Of a stretch of DNA of 64,000 nucleotides, positions 7,729 to 17,247 are shown one piece after another (the first letter of the stretch is position 1; each line of letters starts with the position of its first letter). A model generated the notes under the pieces. It worked only from the letters and a program-made list of their open reading frames with translations. It did no database searches and was not told where the DNA came from. The translations under genes and the position numbers were made by a program. The stretch is from Minisyncoccota bacterium (GTDB lineage: Bacteria; Patescibacteriota; Microgenomatia; UBA1400; PJMF01): positions 2,930-66,929 of the forward strand of contig JAOUMD010000001.1 of assembly GCA_029881675.1 (NCBI GenBank), written 5' to 3'.

Positions 7729-9831
7729 TTATTCAATTACCACCCGAGCATCAAGAACAATAGACTTGTCAGGTAATGCTAATAAAGGATTAATATCTAA
7801 CTCAATAATCTCAGGGAAATCAGTAACAAGCTGAGATAATCTTCCAATACATTCAACTAACTTCTCTTTATCCACTGCTTGCTGTCCTCTAACACCTTCA
7901 AATATCTTGGATGACTTTAAGCCATTAATCATTCTCATGGCATCAACTCTAGTCAATGGAGCATAGGCAAAATCAACATCTTTAAGTACTTCAACGTATA
8001 TACCACCAAGACCAAACATAATCATTGTCCCAAGACCTGGAGCTTTACTTACTCCCAAGATAATCTCTGTTCCACCTTCTGGAGCCATCTCCATTAAAAG
8101 CACACCATCTAGCTTTGCTTCAGGTTTCTTTTCTGAAACTGTCATAAGCATCTGATCATACTTCTGAGCTGCATCCTTGGTAGTGACATTAAGCATCACA
8201 CCACCAACATCACTCTTATGTAAAATATCATTTGAGACAATCTTCATCGCAAACTTACCTTCATCACCACCTAGTTCAAAACATTTCTGAGCTGCTTCAT
8301 GAGATGAATATGCTTGGACAGATTTCAAAAGAGGGAAATTATATGCTTCCATAATCTCCATCGCTAGTGCTTCAGGGAAAGAGGTTCTACCTTCTGCTTT
8401 TGCTTTAGAAAATATCTGAGTTACTTTGTCATAATCAACATCATCAAAATGGAGTGCCTCTCCAGCTGGTCTCTTACTCCACTTAGAGAAGTTAGATAAT
8501 GCAGCTAAACTAGCAGCCGCTGGTTCTGGGAAAGTAGTTGTCATAATATCAGCTGCTTGAAGCATTTCTACACCTGTATGAACACTTTTTTGTCCCATGA
8601 AACTAACTACAATTGGCTTTTGACTATCCTTGGTGACGTCGATAATAGCCTGAGCTGTTTCTTCTATCTCTGTCATTGATTGAGGAGTAAGAAGGACGAT
8701 AATTCCTTCTGCAGCAGGGTCTTTAATAATGGCTTCTAGTGCCATTTTATATCTATCAGCTCTAGCATCACCCAGAACATCAACCGGGTTATGAGTACTA
8801 GCAGCTTCTGGAAGAGCTTCTTTCATTACTCTAACTGTTTCTTCACTAAGTTCTGCCATTTCAAAACCATGCTTGACCACTTCATCGGTAGTGAGAACAC
8901 CTGGACCACCGGCATTAGTTAAAACAACTATCTTATTTATTTGGGTTTGAGGATTTACACAAAATATTTGAGCAAAGTTAAAAAGGTCTTCGATAGTATT
9001 AGCTCTGATAATACCGGCTTGAGCAAAAAGAGCTTCATAAGCACTATCTCCACCACTGAGTGAACCTGTGTGTGAAGCAATTGCTCCTGCGCCAGCTTCT
9101 GTTCTACCTGATTTTAAAATCACAACTGGCTTAGGATTATCTCCTTTATTTAGTTCAATCAGAGTATCAATAATCTCCCGAGCATTACTTAGTTGTTCTA
9201 CATATAAAGCCACAACTTTAGTTTGAGGATCAGTGTGTAAATACCTAATCATATCTACTTCATCAACATCAGCCTTATTTCCAATACTGACAAATTTAGA
9301 AAAACCAATGGCCATTTTGTCTGCATAATCAAGGACAGCAGTACAAAGAGCTCCAGATTGTGACATAAAGGCAATGTTACCTACCTCTGGCATTAGTGAA
9401 GCAAAAGAAGCATTCATCTTGTTCTGTGCATTTATCACACCCAGACAATTAGGACCAATCAAAGCAATATCATTCTTACGACAGACATCTTTAAGCTGTT
9501 CTTCTAGCTCCACATTACCAATTTCCTTAAAGCCTGCAGAAATAACAACGGCTGCTTTTGCACCCTTAGTTGCAGCAACTTTAATCACATCAGGAACAAA
9601 CTTAGCAGGAATGGCAATCACCACAACATCAATACTCTGATCTACATCAGCAATATCATGATAGACCTTATGGCCATACAACTCATCTATCTTGGGATTA
9701 ATTGGGATAATTTTACCTTGGTAACCTTGAGTACTAAGATTTTTTACAACATCATTACCGACAGTTTTCTCACGGGATGAAGCTCCTACAATAGCTATTG
9801 ATTGGGCGTTAAAAAGTGCATCAAGATTCAT
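7729..9831 (-). CDS. Acetate--CoA ligase (ADP-forming), fused alpha/beta subunits (NDP-forming acyl-CoA synthetase)
   Basis: N-terminal CoA-binding 'SIAIVGASSREKTVGNDVVKNL', succinyl-CoA-synthetase-like ligase domain, and a C-terminal ATP-grasp half. 700 aa. Confidence 0.8.
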   Translation of the reverse strand: MNLDALFNAQSIAIVGASSREKTVGNDVVKNLSTQGYQGKIIPINPKIDELYGHKVYHDIADVDQSIDVVVIAIPAKFVPDVIKVAATKGAKAAVVISAGFKEIGNVELEEQLKDVCRKNDIALIGPNCLGVINAQNKMNASFASLMPEVGNIAFMSQSGALCTAVLDYADKMAIGFSKFVSIGNKADVDEVDMIRYLHTDPQTKVVALYVEQLSNAREIIDTLIELNKGDNPKPVVILKSGRTEAGAGAIASHTGSLSGGDSAYEALFAQAGIIRANTIEDLFNFAQIFCVNPQTQINKIVVLTNAGGPGVLTTDEVVKHGFEMAELSEETVRVMKEALPEAASTHNPVDVLGDARADRYKMALEAIIKDPAAEGIIVLLTPQSMTEIEETAQAIIDVTKDSQKPIVVSFMGQKSVHTGVEMLQAADIMTTTFPEPAAASLAALSNFSKWSKRPAGEALHFDDVDYDKVTQIFSKAKAEGRTSFPEALAMEIMEAYNFPLLKSVQAYSSHEAAQKCFELGGDEGKFAMKIVSNDILHKSDVGGVMLNVTTKDAAQKYDQMLMTVSEKKPEAKLDGVLLMEMAPEGGTEIILGVSKAPGLGTMIMFGLGGIYVEVLKDVDFAYAPLTRVDAMRMINGLKSSKIFEGVRGQQAVDKEKLVECIGRLSQLVTDFPEIIELDINPLLALPDKSIVLDARVVIE

Positions 9832-9891
9832 AATTACATTCTAGCGTAATTTAATGAATATTTCTTGGGTGTGATCTTAAACTAAGTTTAA

Positions 9892-10533
9892 TTATTTAAA
9901 AAACTCTTGCAATGCATCTAAAGTTTTTCTCATGTCATCTTGAGTGACAATTAAAGAAATCTCTGTATAAGTTGATACTATCTCTAAAATATTAACTCTC
10001 TTTACAGCAAGTGATCTTATTATCGTATAAATTACATTTGGAATTGGGATATAAATATCAGAAAAACGAGCACTGACTCCCACTAAATTATCTAAAACAA
10101 CTTTAGGTTTTACTCCAAAGTGGGTTAAGACATCTTCTCTTAAACTTTCTGGGATAATTAAAGTAATTTCATTAGTACTCTGCGTAATAGTAAGGAAATC
10201 TTTATCTGATACTAATGTCTCTCTTAACTCTTGAGCTTTTCTAATCGTCAGCTGATTTTTCTCAAACGTAATATCAGAAAGGGGAGATCTGACAACAATG
10301 TCATCTAATTTTATTTTTTGAACTAAAGGAGCTGTTTTTTTTATCTCAGGAGCCATTCTAGATAGAGCAGTTACTATAGATGTTTTCTTTACAGGTTTAA
10401 ATGTTTTTTCTTCTACTTTATCTAAAATCTGCTCTGCATAAGCGCTATAGTTAAGCAAACCTTCACGCATTGCTTCAAAGGCGGTTTCATCATTAGCTAG
10501 TATTTCTGACACTACAGTCGATATTTTTATCAT
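9892..10533 (-). CDS. Hypothetical protein (213 aa)
   Basis: ORF in operon position just upstream of the ADP-forming ACS. No confident domain; possibly a small regulatory or ACT-like fold. Confidence 0.45.
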   Translation of the reverse strand: MIKISTVVSEILANDETAFEAMREGLLNYSAYAEQILDKVEEKTFKPVKKTSIVTALSRMAPEIKKTAPLVQKIKLDDIVVRSPLSDITFEKNQLTIRKAQELRETLVSDKDFLTITQSTNEITLIIPESLREDVLTHFGVKPKVVLDNLVGVSARFSDIYIPIPNVIYTIIRSLAVKRVNILEIVSTYTEISLIVTQDDMRKTLDALQEFFK

Positions 10534-10654
10534 ATTTCATTCTTATTTTGTAACGTATATTACAAAATGTATTATATATGAATTATATCATGGTTTTTTG
10601 TACAGATTAGAAACTTACTGATAAGCTACTTCAAGTTAATTTTAGATAAAATAT

Positions 10655-12040
10655 ATGCCAAACAATGAAATTTTAATACATGGGACCGGAAGTTTATCTC
10701 AATATGAGGGTGATGGTGATGATTATGATCGTTATTATCTTCCTGCAAGAGCTATCATAAGAGCATTAGCAGATAGAAGACAAGGTTTGGAATCTCATAT
10801 TATACTTCCTGGGACTCAGTTAGATGAGACTGTCAATTTTTTAAATGATACTCTCAGCCCAAATGATACAAATTTACCTTCACTCGGAGAGAGTGCTTAC
10901 AGAACGCCAGATGAGCAGTATTTAATGTGGCAAGAAGTTGAAGAAAATATAGAACAATTTATCCTCTGGTTAGTTGAAAATAATCTGCAACATGCACTTT
11001 TAGGATTGCTTCCCTATGCATCTTCTGAGGACTATTGGTCAGTCTATGAAACACTAGTAGAACGTGGTTTTAATATAAGAACAAATATGGACAGATTAGA
11101 TGATGCCGCTTGGCTTGAGAATAGTTGCTTTGCACACAAAGGAGCTTACTTTGAATGGATTAATAACTCTATTAGACAAGAGGACCTTACTAATTATGAA
11201 GATATTAATAGACCTACTGGATATGTTGCCTGCTCTCCAAGTGAAGCAACACTAGCTCTTAATAGACTTAGAGCTAAATTAGGAGATGGACCAGTTTTAT
11301 TCAAACCAATTTATGGTGGAGGAGGCTATGGAATTAAATACTTTAATTCTATTCTAGAAGCACAAGAAGCATTAGATAACTCTACATACCAATTTGAATA
11401 TAACACTTATGATGAGTCTCAACTCCATCCAATTTTAATTCAAGAAGCTATTAACATCCAATATGATGACATGGGTGAAGTGGGAATTTCCGTTCAATTT
11501 AATGGCAAAAATATCATTGGGCTCACAAGGACGTTAGGAGATGGGTCAGGGCATTGGAGTGGGAATTTATTAATTAATTCAGAAAACTCTCAAGCAGCTG
11601 GTATTAGTCATAATATGTTTTCTTTGGCAGAAACTATGACTAGGCAATTGCTAAGTGAAATATCTCCTGATGGGAGAGGTGGCATAGACTTTCTAGTTTC
11701 AAATAACAATGGTTCTAGTGAGTTACACTTTATAGAGTTGAACGGTGGTCGAACAACTGGAGCTGAAGAAGCTGTTCAATTTGAAAGAATAGTACAAAGT
11801 AATAATGGCGTAACTGGCCTTCATAAATATTCAATTGATCCTAACAGTGATCTTACCATTCATGATATTGCAGAATTACTAAGAACAAATGGGAACCTCT
11901 TTAGTTTTGATGAAAATGACAATCCTGTATTTGGGTTATTGCCAATAATTTGTATTGGAGATCATCTTACTGTAGTAGGATATGCAAGAAACCATCAGGA
12001 ACTTCACCAAGCATTTCAATTATTATCAGAAAGACTTTAG
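10655..12040 (+). CDS. Hypothetical protein with an ATP-grasp-like segment
   Basis: 461 aa. 'GPVLFKPIYGGGGYGIKYF' resembles the ATP-grasp phosphate-binding loop. The rest is unassigned. Confidence 0.4.
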   Translation: MPNNEILIHGTGSLSQYEGDGDDYDRYYLPARAIIRALADRRQGLESHIILPGTQLDETVNFLNDTLSPNDTNLPSLGESAYRTPDEQYLMWQEVEENIEQFILWLVENNLQHALLGLLPYASSEDYWSVYETLVERGFNIRTNMDRLDDAAWLENSCFAHKGAYFEWINNSIRQEDLTNYEDINRPTGYVACSPSEATLALNRLRAKLGDGPVLFKPIYGGGGYGIKYFNSILEAQEALDNSTYQFEYNTYDESQLHPILIQEAINIQYDDMGEVGISVQFNGKNIIGLTRTLGDGSGHWSGNLLINSENSQAAGISHNMFSLAETMTRQLLSEISPDGRGGIDFLVSNNNGSSELHFIELNGGRTTGAEEAVQFERIVQSNNGVTGLHKYSIDPNSDLTIHDIAELLRTNGNLFSFDENDNPVFGLLPIICIGDHLTVVGYARNHQELHQAFQLLSERL

Positions 12041-12041
12041 A

Positions 12042-13104
12042 TATGAATCTAATAGACTTATTTCAGCAACTAGTACAAATTGACTCTCCAACGGGAAAAG
12101 AAGAAAATATTTCTAACTTTGTTTCTAATTTTATCAAAGAAGAATGTAACCTTACTCCTCTTACTGACACACATAACAATGTTTTTGTAAAAGTAAAAGG
12201 AGTAGGGGAACCTATTTTTTTTAATGCTCACCTAGACACTGTTCAACCAGGGGAAAATATTGTTCCAATAATAGAAAATGGCATTATAAAAAGTCAAGGA
12301 AATACTATCTTGGGAGCAGATAATAAAGCTAGTGTTGCTGCAATCTTATCTTCCCTTAAAGATTTAAATACAAATAATTTAGAACATCGTCCTTTAGAAA
12401 TCCTTTTTACAATATCTGAAGAATCAGAGAACCTCGGTGCAATTAATTTTGATAAATCTATGATCAAATCAAAAATAGGTTACATCTTTGATCTAAATCG
12501 ACCTGTGGGAACGATTGTAAAATCAGCTCCATTCTATGCTAGGTTCTCAATAAAAATTAATGGTAAATCAGCCCACGCTTCAAGAAGAGATTTATCTATT
12601 CCAGCTATGGATTCATTAGTAGAAATAATTAATCTTATTGAGAAAGTTAGAAAAAAGGAATTAATAATAAATATTGGAGAAATTAACGGAGGAACTGCCA
12701 GAAATACTGTTATTGGAACTATTAGTATAGAAGGAGAATTTAGAAGTGTTAATAAAATCATCTTTTATAAAACAAAAGAACTTTTGGAAAAAAAACTTTC
12801 AGACATCAATGATAAAACAAAAAGTCAAATTTCATTTGAAATAATAGTAGAAAATCCTGGTTATTTACACACTGATGCAGAGATTAATTATGTTAAAACT
12901 ACTATTGAAAAAATACTTAATAAAAAAATTGACGTGATTGAAACAATGGGTTGTTCTGATGGGAATATTTTTAATAATGAAATAGGTCTCACTACCTTTG
13001 ATTTAGGAGATGGAGGTGAGGGAGCACACACTACAGATGAATCGATTAGTATAAGTAATTTATCTTTATTAAAAAAACTGGTTACAAACTTAATGATAAC
13101 TTAA
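12042..13104 (+). CDS. M20-family metallopeptidase (peptidase T / ArgE-DapE-like)
   Basis: N-terminus 'LIDLFQQLVQIDSPTGKEE' is typical of M20/M42 peptidases, with 'HLDTV' and 'GADNKASVAA' metal-ligand regions. The ORF-track start at 11950 overlaps the upstream gene, so the ATG at 12042 is preferred. Confidence 0.65.
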
Positions 13105-13634
13105 ATATTCTCTTCCAAATCCATATTTCTATCAATTAACTCTCTAATAATAGCTGCTTTAGTCTTATTGTATTTCTTGCTTACTGATTCTAAGTAATCA
13201 TCAATTCTTTGGCTAAGTGGTAAGTTCAATCTTACCTTCAGCTGATATTCCTCTAGTTTTTGTAAATCAAAGTTTTTACTAACCTCTGATTCAATAGATA
13301 GGGGAGTGTGGAGTAGTAGATAAGAAATTTCTGATTCTGTCAGGTAACCTCTACCAGCAATATCGAGTAGAGAATTAGCTTCTTCAATATATCTAATCCC
13401 ACGGTGATTAATTAATATCTCAATTAAAACTAAAATTGTTTTTCTATCTTTAGGAGTTCTTTTATCATTTTGCCAACGAGAAAGCTCACTATTACTAATA
13501 GTGATACCTGATTTGTAGAATTGATTGGAAAGCGCGTTTAGAGTCCTGAAGCCGGACTTCATTCTAAATAATTTAAATAGTTGACCAAAAGTATGTTTAT
13601 TATTAATTTGCGTCATAAGTATAAAACTACCCAC
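13101..13634 (-). CDS. Putative HTH transcriptional regulator (paralog of 26657..27148)
   Basis: 'FGQLFKLFRMKSGFRTLNALSNQF...SNSELSRWQNDKRTPKDRKTILVLIEIL' aligns with 'FGTLLKRYRKRAGFKTLASFADAL...SESILSRWQKGSRLPSDRKVYIIILRVF' of the other copy. The pattern looks like an XRE-like HTH. Confidence 0.5.
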   Translation of the reverse strand: MGSFILMTQINNKHTFGQLFKLFRMKSGFRTLNALSNQFYKSGITISNSELSRWQNDKRTPKDRKTILVLIEILINHRGIRYIEEANSLLDIAGRGYLTESEISYLLLHTPLSIESEVSKNFDLQKLEEYQLKVRLNLPLSQRIDDYLESVSKKYNKTKAAIIRELIDRNMDLEENI

Positions 13635-13964
13635 TCAATACACACATTATATCATTCATGAGTAAGATTTAATAAATGGGAGTACCAGACTAGAGAACAA
13701 TCTATCTATGCTTTTCTTTTGCAATACATGCAATTTTATTACTCAATATTTAATTGTTTGAAATAATGCCATCACTGCTATTTAATTATAATTTTAAATA
13801 GGGACAATACTTTCATGGTAAGAAAAATCTCTATCCTTCTACTCACTTGTCAGACAGCCGTAATTGTTATCCTGTCTCTTTTTCTTCTTACACCCAAAAA
13901 AGCACTATATACTCTAAGTGATATCTTAAATTTAAAATATAAAATTGTTCTGGTTGAGAGATAA

Positions 13965-14690
13965 TTATTTATCTATTGCTTCATTCAGATTGCCAATTAC
14001 TTCAGGGATAAAAACGTCATACATAAGGTTTGGTTCCATATCGACAGGAGGTACTCCATCACCATTGTGAATTACTCCTTCACGAGCCACGGTCACTACT
14101 TCAATAAGATTAGGATCATAGCTTCTTCCTAAAATATCTTTGAGGCCACCTAGAATAGCCTTAATAGTAGCTCCTGTACTATAGACATTATCAATAATAA
14201 CAATCTTTTCTCCCGCTTTAATTGCTGATTTAATATGCTTTTCTATTTGTCTACCAAAAGCCATATATTTTGGCTTATCTGGAGAAGTAATCGGATTATA
14301 TACGTAAATACGATCTTCTAAATGTGTCTGAGCTTTTATCTCATCAAAATCACGACTACCTAATAAATCAAGAAGAGGTAGCTCTACTTCATCACAAGCT
14401 TCTGTAATCATTGGCATTGATTTAGAAGAAAATGGGGTAATAGCTAAAGCAACATTATCTAACTTCCCAAGCATCTCAATTAAGGCACTGGTCCCAGCAT
14501 TTTTAACTTCTTCCTCTCTTGGATCAAACCAAGCAATCCAAACTGGCTCTTCATCACTGCCAACGTTCTTTAAAGCTAGTTCTAAGACCATTTGACCAAG
14601 AATTATTTCTAAGTATGGCTGATCATCTCTAAATTGAATATCTTCTGGTCTATAGATAGTGGCTTGATGCTCTAATGATTGTTTTGACAT
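13965..14690 (-). CDS. Type I phosphoribosyltransferase-domain protein
   Basis: PRPP-binding motif 'KIVIIDNVYSTGATIKA' (hydrophobic run, D, then S/T-G-x-T). 241 aa with an N-terminal extension. Substrate unknown. Confidence 0.6.
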   Translation of the reverse strand: MSKQSLEHQATIYRPEDIQFRDDQPYLEIILGQMVLELALKNVGSDEEPVWIAWFDPREEEVKNAGTSALIEMLGKLDNVALAITPFSSKSMPMITEACDEVELPLLDLLGSRDFDEIKAQTHLEDRIYVYNPITSPDKPKYMAFGRQIEKHIKSAIKAGEKIVIIDNVYSTGATIKAILGGLKDILGRSYDPNLIEVVTVAREGVIHNGDGVPPVDMEPNLMYDVFIPEVIGNLNEAIDK

Positions 14691-14755
14691 ATTAACTTAA
14701 TATAGCACTTTGCTATTAATTCAAAAACCCATAGCAATCAAGAATATTAAAAATA

Positions 14756-14784
14756 TTGACAGAATATTATTTGTAACTTAAAAT
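14756..14784 (+). promoter_or_regulatory. Sigma70-like promoter for the HAD gene (TTGACA-17-TAAAAT)
   Basis: TTGACA at 14756-14761, 17-nt spacer, TAAAAT at 14779-14784. Confidence 0.4.
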
Positions 14785-14874
14785 ACTCTAACAAAGTTAA
14801 CTTAGTCAAGAGATCCCCCCGCCTCCCCGCAAATAACTTAACTAACTGTTTCATATAAATAACAGAAAGTCATT

Positions 14875-15516
14875 ATGTTCACAGAAAAAAAATTAATCGC
14901 CCAAGATGTAGATGAGTGTATCTTTAATAGTGTTGATAAACATTATCTTCACTATAAAAAAGAAGCTGAGACTAGAGAAGGAATTGTTGTTCCTTCCCTA
15001 GAAGAAGTAATTAGACTTGGTGGAACCCATGCCTTCTTTGGTCAATTTGAGTGGTATGCACAGATGAATAAAGATAATAGAAATGATGAAAAGTTCAATA
15101 GGGGACAAGAAAGAATAGATGGTTCCCTAGAAGCACTCACATTATTAGAATCCCAACTAGCTGTATATCTTACTACCAGACCAGAGTCATTACTCAGAGT
15201 TACCCAAGAAGAACTTGATAAATATGGCTACCCAGATAGACAAGTAATTTGTAGACCAAAGGAAGTTAACTTCAAAAAGACTACAGAGTGGAAAACATGG
15301 ATGTTAGCTCAGTTAGCTATGCAATTCCAAGCACAAATGTTGATGGTAGATGACTCAATAAACTTACATCAACATCTAAACCATGCCAAACTAAATGGTA
15401 GTAAAGGCTTACTTGATACCATTCTATATGCTGGGCCTATGACACCTAAAGGCAATGGTGAAATGACATGGGAAGAGATTGTCTCATTGATGATGGGTAA
15501 AGAGTTTGCTGCTTAA
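14875..15516 (+). CDS. HAD-superfamily phosphatase, NT5C-like 5'(3')-deoxyribonucleotidase candidate (paralog of 30504..31103)
   Basis: 'LIAQDVDECIFNSV' (motif I D-x-D), 'GSLEALTLLESQLAVYLTTRPE' and 'MVDDS' align closely with the paralog ('IIAQDIDECLFNSV...GSLEALTLLQSMLGIYLTTRPE...MIDDS'). Confidence 0.5.
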   Translation: MFTEKKLIAQDVDECIFNSVDKHYLHYKKEAETREGIVVPSLEEVIRLGGTHAFFGQFEWYAQMNKDNRNDEKFNRGQERIDGSLEALTLLESQLAVYLTTRPESLLRVTQEELDKYGYPDRQVICRPKEVNFKKTTEWKTWMLAQLAMQFQAQMLMVDDSINLHQHLNHAKLNGSKGLLDTILYAGPMTPKGNGEMTWEEIVSLMMGKEFAA

Positions 15517-15552
15517 TATCAGCACTAATTACCTTAAATAATATTACAAATA

Positions 15553-15581
15553 TTTGACTTATAATAATTAAGTGATTATAA
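15553..15581 (+). promoter_or_regulatory. Sigma70 consensus promoter (TTGACT-17-TATAAT) upstream of the argH leader
   Basis: TTGACT at 15553-15558, 17-nt spacer, TATAAT at 15576-15581. Would give a leader of about 240 nt. Confidence 0.5.
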
Positions 15582-15756
15582 TTCCTATTACAAATTAAAA
15601 TTAAATCCGTTCACAGCAGGAGTCGCGCCTTGCAAAACTTGTCTAACAAGTACGGAGCTTCACAAAATTGAAGCCGAGAGAATCTCGTTAAAATTCAAAC
15701 TCTTAATCGCTAAATAGTAGAGAGAGTCATAAAGTAAATAGCAGTGATGTTATTTT

Positions 15757-15828
15757 AAATCAGAGTGGTACCACGAAGTTACTTCGTCTCTGTTCTTATA
15801 AATATTAAGAATAGAACGGAGTTTTTTT
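15757..15828 (+). promoter_or_regulatory. T-box-like leader (antiterminator/terminator) preceding argH-argG. Stem I should lie between about 15590 and 15750 but was not resolved.
   Basis: 'AAAUCAGAGUGGUACCACG' matches the T-box sequence AAUUAGGGUGGUACCGCG at 15/18 positions. An antiterminator is drawable: CAGAG, a 7-nt UGGUACC bulge, ACGAAG-UUA-CUUCGU, CUCUG. A competing helix CUCUGUUCU...AGAACGGAG plus U7 runs straight into the AUG and would act as a terminator or SD sequester. Confidence 0.5.
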
Positions 15829-17247
15829 ATGTCAAAAACAGTAAAACTGTGGGACAAAGGTACCAAATCAAATTCCATAATTGAAAACTACTTAGCAGGA
15901 GATGATATCTTCTTGGACCAACAGTTAGTTCAATTTGATGTTTACGGATCTTTGGCTCACTGCAAAATGTTATATCAAAATAATTTAATTGAGAAAATTG
16001 ACTTTGACCACTTAACTAAAGGTCTTAAACAAATCTTAAAGTTAAATAAAGATGGTCAATTTAACCTTTCACTTTCAGATGAAGATATTCATACCAAAGT
16101 AGAGAACTACTTAACAGAAATATACCCAGAATCTGGAGGTAAACTTCATACTGGAAGATCAAGAAATGATCAGGTATTAGTGGATATTAGACTTTACTCT
16201 AAGGATCAATTAACTGATGTTATTAAATTAGTAATAAATCTAATAAGTGATTTCCAAATCTTTTCAAAAAAACATGAGTTCTTGCCCATGGCTGGTTACA
16301 CTCATATGCAACAAGCAATGCTTTCATCAGTGGGTCTTTGGGCAGATTCTTTCACTCAAAGCTTACTTGACGACCTGACAGTTGTTCAAACTGCCTATGA
16401 CTTAAATGATCAGTCTCCACTTGGCTCTGGGGCAGCGTATGGAGTGTCTCTACCTATAGATAGAGAACTAACTGCTAAACTTCTAGGTTTTAAAAAAGTA
16501 CAAACCAATGCTTTATATTGTCAGAACTCAAAAGGAAAAATTGAATCAACTATAATCCATAGTTTAAGTTCAATCATGAACACCTTGAGTAAGTTTGCTC
16601 AAGACATCTTACTTTTTACTACCAGTGAATTTAATTATTTCTCCGTTCCTAAAAGCTTAACCACTGGAAGTAGTATCATGCCTCAAAAAAATAATCATGA
16701 TGCAATGGAACTGCTGAGAGGAAAAACAAAAGTTATTCAAAGCTATTACTCACTAGTCAGTTCAATCAACAGTGATTTACCGTCAGGATATAACAGAGAT
16801 ACACAGTTAATTAAACAACCTCTCTTTGAGAGCTTCAAAATAACTAAAGAATCTCTTCAAGTGGTGAGTTTATATGTTAATTCTTTGATACCAAATAAGG
16901 AAAATATTAAAAAGAATATATCCAAAGAACTATTTGCAGCTCATCATGCCTATCAGTTAATGAAAAAGAATAATTGGTCATTTAGAAAAGCCTATTCTTA
17001 TGTTGGTAAAAACTTAGATAAGATCCCTAACTATGACCCAATTAAAGTTCTCAAAGAAACTACTACATTGGGTGGACCAGGGAATTTGCAATTAGATTCT
17101 TTAGACAAAAACTTACTCCGTCAGTCCTTAACTTTGTCCCAAAGAAAACAAAACACTCATCAAACAATGAGTAAAATAAACATAAATAATTTAAGAAATA
17201 AAAATAATGAAAAAAATCACACAATATATAAAAGTTGCTTCACATGA
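15829..17247 (+). CDS. argH: Argininosuccinate lyase
   Basis: 'GGKLHTGRSRNDQVLVDIRLY', 'GYTHMQQAM', 'GSGAAYGVSLPIDRELTAKLLGF' are the fumarase/ASL family signatures. Confidence 0.9.
   Translation: MSKTVKLWDKGTKSNSIIENYLAGDDIFLDQQLVQFDVYGSLAHCKMLYQNNLIEKIDFDHLTKGLKQILKLNKDGQFNLSLSDEDIHTKVENYLTEIYPESGGKLHTGRSRNDQVLVDIRLYSKDQLTDVIKLVINLISDFQIFSKKHEFLPMAGYTHMQQAMLSSVGLWADSFTQSLLDDLTVVQTAYDLNDQSPLGSGAAYGVSLPIDRELTAKLLGFKKVQTNALYCQNSKGKIESTIIHSLSSIMNTLSKFAQDILLFTTSEFNYFSVPKSLTTGSSIMPQKNNHDAMELLRGKTKVIQSYYSLVSSINSDLPSGYNRDTQLIKQPLFESFKITKESLQVVSLYVNSLIPNKENIKKNISKELFAAHHAYQLMKKNNWSFRKAYSYVGKNLDKIPNYDPIKVLKETTTLGGPGNLQLDSLDKNLLRQSLTLSQRKQNTHQTMSKININNLRNKNNEKNHTIYKSCFT

Noticed and set aside
11950-12041. 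ORF-track start of the M20 peptidase at 11950, overlapping the upstream gene by 91 nt.
   Set aside because: The conserved peptidase N-terminus begins at the ATG at 12042 ('MNLIDLFQQLVQIDSPTGKEE'). The upstream extension reads through the preceding gene's C-terminus in another frame.
13816-13962. 49-aa hydrophobic ORF (MVRKISILLLTCQTAVIVILSLFLL...) in the 330-bp spacer between the PRTase and the HTH gene.
   Set aside because: Too short and unsupported by any motif or RBS. Noted only as a possible small membrane peptide, with insufficient evidence to call it.
17207-17247. A 41-nt overlap between the argH 3' end and the argG 5' end, considered as a possible frameshift or fusion.
   Set aside because: Both proteins have normal lengths and intact termini. 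An overlap with an upstream-extended start is the more parsimonious reading, and the exact argG start remains uncertain.
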